A DNA stretch of 64,000 bases from Hyphochytrium catenoides (Eukaryota; Protista; Hyphochytriomycota): positions 3,576-67,575 of the forward strand of contig FLMG01000823.1 of NCBI GenBank assembly GCA_900088475.1. The letters are read 5' to 3'. This document shows, in pieces, positions 10,089-17,746 of the stretch. The notes beneath the pieces were generated by a model, which was not told where the DNA came from, made no database searches, and saw only the letters and a program-made list of their open reading frames with translations. The position numbers and the translations under genes were made by a program. Each line of letters opens with the position of its first letter. Within the stretch, counting starts at the first letter, position 1.

Positions 10089-12548
10089 ATGGATACTCTC
10101 TCTCAGTCATCGGCTAGGAATAGCTCCAATGCCGCGTCCTGCTCTTGTGCCAACCCGCTCCCTGAGCAGCAGTGCTGCCGAGGGAATAAGCAGCAGGAGA
10201 GAGCTGAATGTTCTGCCCCAGAGGAGGAAGAGGACATTATGAAGCTTGAGAAACGAATGAAGAACGTCGTAGAGCTCACAGCCGCAGACAACATTGCCCA
10301 GAAGACGGTAGAACACGTGCATGAGGCGGTCCAGATCATAGAGAAACCGCCCATAGTCCACGATATCATCCACGACAAGACCATTCACATTGTGGAGCCT
10401 ATTATCAACAAGGAGGTGGAGGTCGAGCATATCAAGCATCACACCGTGGAGAAAGAAGAGTTCGGAGGAAAGAGAAGAGTGGATGAAGGACAGAGCTCTG
10501 TGGCTCCTGAAGGATACACTATCTCTGAGCAGGCTCTACGATCCGGCGAGGCCCACAAGAATGTCTCCCATGTGAGAGAGAAGGACGAGCGGAAGCATCA
10601 AGTGCCTATCGTTAACACACTTGTCAAAGAAAGAGACGTCCACGTGGTCCAGCCGATCGTTAACAAGGAGAGAGAAGTAGAGCACGTCAAGCATCACACT
10701 GTGGAGAGAGAGGAATATGGGGGAAAGAGAAGAGTTCAAGAAGGAGAGAGCAGGACCGCTCCTGCTGGCTACCAGATCTCGAAAGAGGCAATTGCACAAG
10801 GAGAGCAGCACAAGAATGTGTCTCATGTTGGAGCAAGAGAGGAGCTTCGAGAGCAAGCCCCAATCATCAACAAGTTCGTGCACGAGAGAGATGTACATAT
10901 GGTCCAGCCTATTATCAACAAAGAGAGAGAGGTGGAGCACGTTAAGCATCACACTGTGGAGAGAGAAGAATACGGAGGAAAGAGAAGAGTGGATGAAGGG
11001 GAGAGCAGAGTGGCTCCTCAGGGCTATACTATCTCTGAGCAGGCCATCAGAGAAGGAGAGGCACACAAGAATGTCTCTCACGTCGCAGAAAGCCGGGAGC
11101 TAAAGGAGCAAGCCCCTATTATCAACAAGCTTGTGAGAGAGAGAGACGTGCATATGGTCCAGCCTATTATCAACAAAGAGAGAGAAGTGGAGCACGTCAA
11201 GCACCACACAGTGGAGAGAGAGGAAAGCGGAGGAAAGAGGAGAGTGGACGAAGGCGAGAGCAGAATGGCTCCCCAGGGATATGCTATCTCAGAGCAAGCT
11301 CTGCGGGCTGGAGAGGCGCACAAGAATGTCTCTCATGTGGGCGTGAGGGAGGAGCTCAGAGAACAAGCTCCTGTTGTTAACCAGCTTGTGCGGGAGAGGG
11401 ACGTCCACATGGTCCAACCAATCATCAACAAAGAGAGAGAAGTGGAGCACGTCAAGCATCACACAGTGGAGAGAGAGGAAAGCGGAGAAAAGAGGAGAGT
11501 AGACGAAGGCGAGAGCAGAATGGCTCCCCAGGGATATGCTATCTCAGAGCAAGCTCTGCGGGCTGGAGAGGCGCACAAGAATGTCTCTCATGTGGGTGTG
11601 AGGGAGGAGCTCAGAGAACAAGCTCCTGTTGTTAACCAGCTTGTGCGAGAGAGGGACGTCCACATGGTCCAACCAATCATCAACAGAGAGAGAGAAGTGG
11701 AACACCTCAAGCATCACACGGTGGAGAGTGAAGAGTTCGCAGGAAAGCGAAGAGTGGACGAGGGAGAGAGTGGAGTCGCTCCTGCTGGCTACCAGATATC
11801 CCAACAAGCAATAGCACAGGGAGAGACACACAAAGATATCTCTCACGTGCGTGGGGGCAACGCTCTGAGAGTGCAGCCAGCGGTGGTAAATCAGGAGGTA
11901 CATGAAAGAGACGTCCATATGGTCCAGCCAGTGATCAATAGAGAGAGAGACGTCGAGCATATCCAGCACCACACCGTGGAAAAAGGAACAAGGGGGGAGA
12001 AGAGAGTGGTTGATGAAGGCACCACAGCGTCGGCTCCTGCCGGGTACAAGCTGAGTGAGAAGGCCTTGAGAGAGGGAGAAGCGCACAAGAACGTACAAGT
12101 TCAAAGAGAGAAAGACGCAGTCCAAGAGAGAGAGGCAGCAGTAAACCAGATTGTCCACGAGAGAGACGTCCACGTCGTCCAGCCCGTTGTCAACAAAGAG
12201 AGATACGTGGAGCACGTCTTCAGGCACAGGGTGGATGAGACCGAGCATGGTGGCAAGAAGGTGGTAGATGAGGGATATGTGGCTGGTGCTCCGGCAGGTT
12301 ACCGGATGGGAGAAGAAAGACATCAAGGAGGTTTGCGAAGGAGAGGTTCTTCCTCATCTTCGTCTTCTTCCTCTAGCTCGTCGTCTGACGATGAGAGTAC
12401 GGCCAGGACGGGATACCGTACCAAGAGGAGTAGTGGGACGACGACGGGCACTACTACTGGCAGTCAGAGCACCGTAGAGAGTGATAGCACCGTGCCGAAG
12501 AAGTCTCTAGGACAAAAAATCAAAGGAGTATTCAAGGGCCATCACTAA
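10089..12548 (+). CDS. Dehydrin/LEA-like protein, paralog 3 (819 aa, intronless), with eight 85-aa His/Val/Glu-rich repeats
   Basis: First ATG at 10089 in an 843-codon open frame. Contains a Cys-rich N-terminus, APEEEEDI, eight repeats, the S-segment GLRRRGSSSSSSSSSSSSSDDE and the C-terminus KKSLGQKIKGVFKGHH. Confidence 0.92.
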   Translation: MDTLSQSSARNSSNAASCSCANPLPEQQCCRGNKQQERAECSAPEEEEDIMKLEKRMKNVVELTAADNIAQKTVEHVHEAVQIIEKPPIVHDIIHDKTIHIVEPIINKEVEVEHIKHHTVEKEEFGGKRRVDEGQSSVAPEGYTISEQALRSGEAHKNVSHVREKDERKHQVPIVNTLVKERDVHVVQPIVNKEREVEHVKHHTVEREEYGGKRRVQEGESRTAPAGYQISKEAIAQGEQHKNVSHVGAREELREQAPIINKFVHERDVHMVQPIINKEREVEHVKHHTVEREEYGGKRRVDEGESRVAPQGYTISEQAIREGEAHKNVSHVAESRELKEQAPIINKLVRERDVHMVQPIINKEREVEHVKHHTVEREESGGKRRVDEGESRMAPQGYAISEQALRAGEAHKNVSHVGVREELREQAPVVNQLVRERDVHMVQPIINKEREVEHVKHHTVEREESGEKRRVDEGESRMAPQGYAISEQALRAGEAHKNVSHVGVREELREQAPVVNQLVRERDVHMVQPIINREREVEHLKHHTVESEEFAGKRRVDEGESGVAPAGYQISQQAIAQGETHKDISHVRGGNALRVQPAVVNQEVHERDVHMVQPVINRERDVEHIQHHTVEKGTRGEKRVVDEGTTASAPAGYKLSEKALREGEAHKNVQVQREKDAVQEREAAVNQIVHERDVHVVQPVVNKERYVEHVFRHRVDETEHGGKKVVDEGYVAGAPAGYRMGEERHQGGLRRRGSSSSSSSSSSSSSDDESTARTGYRTKRSSGTTTGTTTGSQSTVESDSTVPKKSLGQKIKGVFKGHH
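10311..12305 (+). repeat. Coding tandem repeat, 255-bp unit, about 8 copies
   Basis: The Glu codon of the VEH motif recurs at 10425, 10680, 10935, 11190, 11445, 11700, 11955 and 12210, an exact 255-bp spacing. Confidence 0.97.
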
Positions 12549-14147
12549 GCAGCCGGAAGTAAGGGATAAAAGTTAGTTGACCTAAGTCACAGATGTCACT
12601 ATTAAAAATCATTGACTAGTGTTGCCTATGTACCAGCTTCGGAGCTTGCCTTCATTGTTATAGGTTACTTGGCGAGGCATAAGGGATGGCACTGTTGAGA
12701 CTTCTTTGTCCATGGCTTAGAGACCTACCTGACCGTGGGTAAAGAAAGGATGATTGTTGTGTGAAGAGAAGAGAATACGGCTGTTATAAAGCAATCATCA
12801 GAAGCAGAGCTCTTAGCTGATGATCTTCACCACCACTTACAGCAGACCCTTCTGCGTTAGTACCGCCGTTCTTTAGTTCACTCTGTGCTTCATCCTGAAC
12901 TCACGGTGGCTGCAACGAAGTAACCCACTGCTGCGGAAGAGGAGAAGATGAATGAACCGGTACCTCCACTGCTGCGGCGCTGTGACGGCTTGGTGGGCTG
13001 CTGGGCCATCATAGCATCAAGGCCCGACAGAACCTGCTTCCCTCCAACGATGGAGTGTACTTCTCCCTAGGGAGAGACATAGAGACATAGAGAACACTAG
13101 CTTCTCAAGCAGTTGTTGGTCTAGAGTTTCCTGCGAGGAGTTCTACCAAGAAGAGAATCATCATCATCAACGCCCTGAAAGGGGCGATTGTAGAGAAGAA
13201 CGAACACAAGTACAGGTACAGTAAGTACTACTACTTCTTTCACAAGTACAAGTACTTGTACCTACACAAGCAAGTGAAAGACGACAATTCTCAATTTGTA
13301 CTAGTAAATTCTGGTTCTTGGCCTCTCATCTTCTTCCCAGCAACCCTCCTTATGCACCGCCTGCTGTGCCCCTTGTACGCCAGAAAGGAAGAAGATCTTA
13401 CGAACCGCTGCGCTCGAAGTTTTGCTTCTTCCCTGCTGCTGGTGCTCTTCGTCCCTCGCTGCTCGGTAAGGGTGTTCTCTTTCTCCTCTCTAGTTCTTCT
13501 CGTACATGTGCAAAGGGCTCAAAGAAGAGTGGCAGCAGCGGTGGTAGTAATGAGTTGTACCTCTATGGCTTTGGATTGTTGTTATTTGCTCTGTCATCCC
13601 TCATCATACATAAGAGCCTTATTATACAAAAAGGACTCAAGCTTGTTTGACGACGAGCCCATGAGAGCACGGCTAGCTTTTTATGTTGTTAGGAAGAAGC
13701 TAGGGGGAGAAGAGACAACTATCCAGTCAATGTGCTTGCTTAGCCCTAAGCGGCTGCCTGTTTATTCTTCTCACCCTTCAACAAAAGCTTACGTTTTTCT
13801 GACTAACCTTCGTGCCAGGAAAAGTGCCTCAGCTTTCAATAAAAGCTGGTTCTCATTAGGTTTCATAAATGGTCTTTCTTTGCTTCTTTTCCTAACCCCG
13901 ACCCTCCTGTCCTCCACAATGTTCTGTACTCCTGCGGGACTGTAAGTTCTGAGCTCTCGTTGTTCTTGACAATCCTGGTGGTGAGAGCACACAAGAAAAC
14001 TGCTGCCAGTTTCCGTTCTGCCAGATATCTCACAGACGACCACAGCTCCTAGTAAGAGCATTCAAGTCCGAGAGGAGAGAGAAAGAGGACTGCAGCAGCG
14101 ATATATCTTTTGAACCAACTGGTGCCCGGTCGTTCAGCGATCACACC

Positions 14148-14717
14148 ATGTCGTCCTACCAGAGTAACACCGTTATGGGATCAGCCCAGCAAGAAGGCAG
14201 CCGCCCGGTCGCCAGCGGTACTTACGCTGCAGACCCGCTCAGTCAGCAAGGGGTGGAGAACGTTCAAGGAAGAGATAGATATCAAAAGGGCGAAAGGCAA
14301 ATGGATACAAGAGGTCCGGAGGAGGAAGAAGACATTATAAGGCGGCAACAGGGCGGCCTTCCAGGAGTGCAAGAAGGAGACATCGTAGTGGAGAAGCCTG
14401 CAGCTGTCAGGGAAGAGGTACATGAAAAAAATGTCCACGTTGTGCAGCCAGTAGTCCACCGCCAGCAGGAGGTGGAGCATGTGCAGCATCACACAGTGGA
14501 GAGCAGGGAAAACCTGGGAAAGGAGGTGGTGGAAGAGGAAGGCCAAAGGGGCCTCACCCATGGCTCTACGGCGCCTCCAACCGGAGGGCCGATGGGAAGA
14601 GAGGCGGCGAGCGTCGGGCCAACGACGGAGGAGCATCACGAGAAGAAGACAATGGGAGAGAAGATAAAGGATGTCTTCAAGGGAGGTCGCCATAAGGAGA
14701 AAGGCCAGCACCCTTAA
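14148..14717 (+). CDS. Dehydrin/LEA-like hydrophilic protein, paralog 4 (189 aa, intronless, no S-segment)
   Basis: Contains GPEEEEDI, one HVE module (PAAVREEVHEKNVHVVQPVVHRQQEVEHVQHHTVE) and HHEKKTMGEKIKDVFKGG near the C-terminus. Confidence 0.88.
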   Translation: MSSYQSNTVMGSAQQEGSRPVASGTYAADPLSQQGVENVQGRDRYQKGERQMDTRGPEEEEDIIRRQQGGLPGVQEGDIVVEKPAAVREEVHEKNVHVVQPVVHRQQEVEHVQHHTVESRENLGKEVVEEEGQRGLTHGSTAPPTGGPMGREAASVGPTTEEHHEKKTMGEKIKDVFKGGRHKEKGQHP

Positions 14718-15389
14718 GAAGAATGGTGGTCGTCGCCTTTCCATTTTCCCCGTCTATCTGTCTAAGAGAGTCACGGATGACCTCTCCTGGTCGAGGTTGA
14801 TGTACATAATTCATAATGAACATATGTATTTTTGCGTGACGAGCGGAAGGATGATTAGGGCCATGGCGAGAGTTGTGGCAGCATAAGCACTGCGTAGTCT
14901 CACTCTGGTTGCTGTCAGTCCGCTTTCTTGGGTTCTCTCTTTATGTGGAATATTGTCCTTCTTTGCTGCTCTTCCATGTCCGGAGCTTTCGACTGTCTTA
15001 GCCTTTGTAAGTCCTTGCGGCTCTTCTTGCTTCTTCCATGCCCTGCCAGAGAGGGCCTCCTACACTGGGCTGGTGGTCAGGCGAGGCTCTCTTTACTCGC
15101 CACTTTTATCGTGGACGGCCTTCTATGCTAAGGAGTCGAGCTTCTTTCTCTGTGCTGCTCTCTGATTCCCTCTTCCATCTTCTCTACTATGGCATTGTAC
15201 ATGGGACTCAATAAACTCATGAAGCTTGCCTGCCGTCTCCATTGACGAAAAGGTTGGGACGGCTATGCATTTTAACGCAAACAGATAAAACAACTGATAC
15301 TTTCTACCACCTTATGATCTTCCTAGTCTACTCATAGTACCTCATGAGAAGCTCTGGTCAGTAAAGCGACAATTGTAAGACAGCCCAGA

Positions 15390-15422
15390 TTTCGCGCCAC
15401 AAAATTTCTTAATTTTCGCGGC
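15390..15422 (+). promoter_or_regulatory. Two candidate E2F-like sites upstream of HUS1
   Basis: TTTCGCGCC (15390-15398) matches the E2F consensus TTTSSCGC. A near-match, TTTCGCGGC, lies at 15414-15422. Both are about 400 bp upstream of the ATG of a checkpoint gene. Confidence 0.4.
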
Positions 15423-15796
15423 AACTGCAAGAAGTATTGCAACTCCAAAATTCGCTCGGACTCAGACGAGACTGCCTCTTCCCCAGAGCGCTTGGTTTCT
15501 TCGGACAATCTCAGTCTGCATATGGCACAAGGGCAGTGTGCTAGGGGAACAAAGAACTCTTAACTCACATATTTCACGACTGCATCGCATAACACTGATT
15601 GACAGCCAGGGGCGGCAAGTTCCATCGCCATTCTCTCCTTGATCGCGGTTAGTGACCGATAGCTTGAAGGTGATCCATCATCCAAGTGTCCGGTTGTGAA
15701 GAACATTATGGCCAGCAGCTCAGGGCCGCCAAGTGCGTTCCCTTTGGATTGGCAAAGCCTCATCGTGCCTGAGCTGAGCTCTCCTTGACAAGGAAG

Positions 15797-17707
15797 ATGA
15801 GGTTCAAGGCTAAAATTGCGAGGGACTTAATCTTAGCTTTTAGAAGTAAGCCCAATCTGCTACTCTTTCTTCTACTTTCTCTCCCTGCAAGCCGCGATCC
15901 GTGATTGACACTACCATTGCTTGTGTGGACAAGTAGACGTAGTGCAGACGCTGGAAAAGGTTAAGAAGATTGGCATCGTTCAGCTGAAGCCGGACTCCTT
16001 TAACATCATCATCAAGGACTCGAGCGCAACTGACACGGTGCAGTGCTACTGCGTCCTGAAGTCGGTGAGCCCTCTACATAGTAGCTGCCTGGCGTCCGCT
16101 CCTCATTCGTTCCTATGATACTCACTTCTAAATTCTGCTCTGTGGACTCCAGGACGCATTTTTCCACGACTATCGGATTGAGAGCCGCGCTGAAAATAGG
16201 ATTGGCTTTCACATTAGTCTCTCCAGCTTGGTACAAGCTCTGCTGTCAGGAAAAAGCGCACCGCTAATAGTTCTAAGCCTTTCAAAGACCAAGGAAGACG
16301 GCAGGCCTTGCCTCTCTATGCAGGCACAGGTTCGTAGCACCACTAGGGCTCACTTCTCTTTCTTTCACTGTTCCACCTTCTCATGTCCCTATTGTCGTCC
16401 CTCTCCTGCTCTTCTATCTCAGTGATAATCTTCGCTCGCTCCTCGTCGCTCCCGGCTCTGGGCGCTGAGTTCTCTGCCGACTGGTTCTCTTCTTGCATCT
16501 TCTTGCATCCCTAGTCTGTGGACATCCACATAACCCATGACATACCAATCGCCCTCATTCCGGACCCTGAGATGGTCGAGTACGCTGTCCCCGACATCCC
16601 TGCACCAGAGGTACAGAGTCTGTGGCTTTCATTTGCTGTTATATTTTCCATTGATAGCGTGATCCTGAAGCATTACTTCCTAACCGTTGCTTCCTCACCG
16701 TGATAACCTCGTTGTCCGTCTCATGGATTGTCGGGTTACTTCCTCTCTGACTGACCGAACGTCATACTCTGTTCCGGTCCCTGAATAGGTGGCTCTTGAA
16801 ATGCCGCCACTCAAGTCAGTGAAGGCAGTAGTGGAACGGCTAAAGGGGATCAATCGTTTCATCCAGATGGAAGCCACCATGGGAGGCAATATCACTCTGC
16901 GAGTAGAAACAGAAGCAGTGCGCATTCAAACTTTTTATACAGGACTAGAAGCTAGGCCTGACCTTACAGGTAAGACAGCACAAGGACAGCGGTCCTATAA
17001 CAGGATTGGATGTTGCCATATGTGATGCCGACGAATCGGACCAATCAATGTTGTCTCCGAGAAGCCGAAAGGCGCACATGATCGTTCAATCACACGCACC
17101 CAAGAGAGGAGGTGATATTTGTTTCTGGAGGCATCTAATATGAATCCTTGCCGTTGTATGTTTCTTGTTGTTCAGAGGAAGGAGGAAGCCAGACACAAGG
17201 CCAACCGGTGGAGGTCAAGGTTGATGCTAAGAATCTTCTATGTACCATTCAAGGCTTGATCCAGCCACAATCAGTGCTCTGCCGTAAGTCTCACTTGTTG
17301 GCTGCTGTGCGGCTTGGTCTAGCTCTTGTCATCTATCGAAGTCTTTGATATCATTGACCTTTCCCAGTTGCAAGAATGTGAACGGTTCAGCCTAAAGCCC
17401 CCACCTCTGGGTCAAGAGGCTAGTTTTTGTCTTGCTAACTTGATCTAGGCAGTTTCGCTCGTCTAATGTTTTGCCTTTATCCCTTACAAGGACGTTCTGA
17501 CTCCCTGATCCTTGCTTATTTGCTCTCTCATTTCTGAATTTCCACTTGCCTCTTCAACTGTTCTCTTCTCGGAAACTATCTTTTTTGACCCGGGCATACG
17601 CGGTGTCGGACTCAGTGATCGCGGAGAAATATGCAGTTGCAATGCACGTTATCCTATGGGGAGAAGCGGGGACAATTACTTATTTTATCCCTGTCCTGAT
17701 AACTTAG
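15797..17707 (+). CDS. HUS1: Checkpoint clamp 9-1-1 subunit HUS1 (about 7 exons)
   Basis: Spliced reading: MRFKAKI...|VVQTLEKVKKIGIVQL...|FFHDYRIESRAENRIGF...LVQALLSGKSA...LSKTKEDGRPCL|ITHDIPI...P|MPPLKSVKAVVERLKGI...LRVET...IQTFYTGL|VEVKVDAKNL|...TITYFIPVLIT*. GT-AG introns at about 15846-15936, 16065-16152, 16330-16514 and onward. Confidence 0.9.
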
Positions 17708-17746
17708 AGGGAAAAGAGGAAATGGGGAATAGGCTAGAAGTACTGG

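Noticed and set aside
10107-12326. Long antisense ORFs over the dehydrin-like genes (also 2079-2674, 6300-6761, 14181-14744)
   Set aside because: Shadow frames caused by the biased codon usage of the + strand genes.
13205-13270. TACAAG/CTTGTA hexamer clusters here and at about 49400-49550, as possible transposon ends
   Set aside because: Short low-complexity motif with no extended inverted repeat or target-site duplication.
13256-13945. 229-aa ORF between paralogs 3 and 4
   Set aside because: TTG start, composition typical of intergenic pyrimidine-rich DNA, and no recognisable motif.
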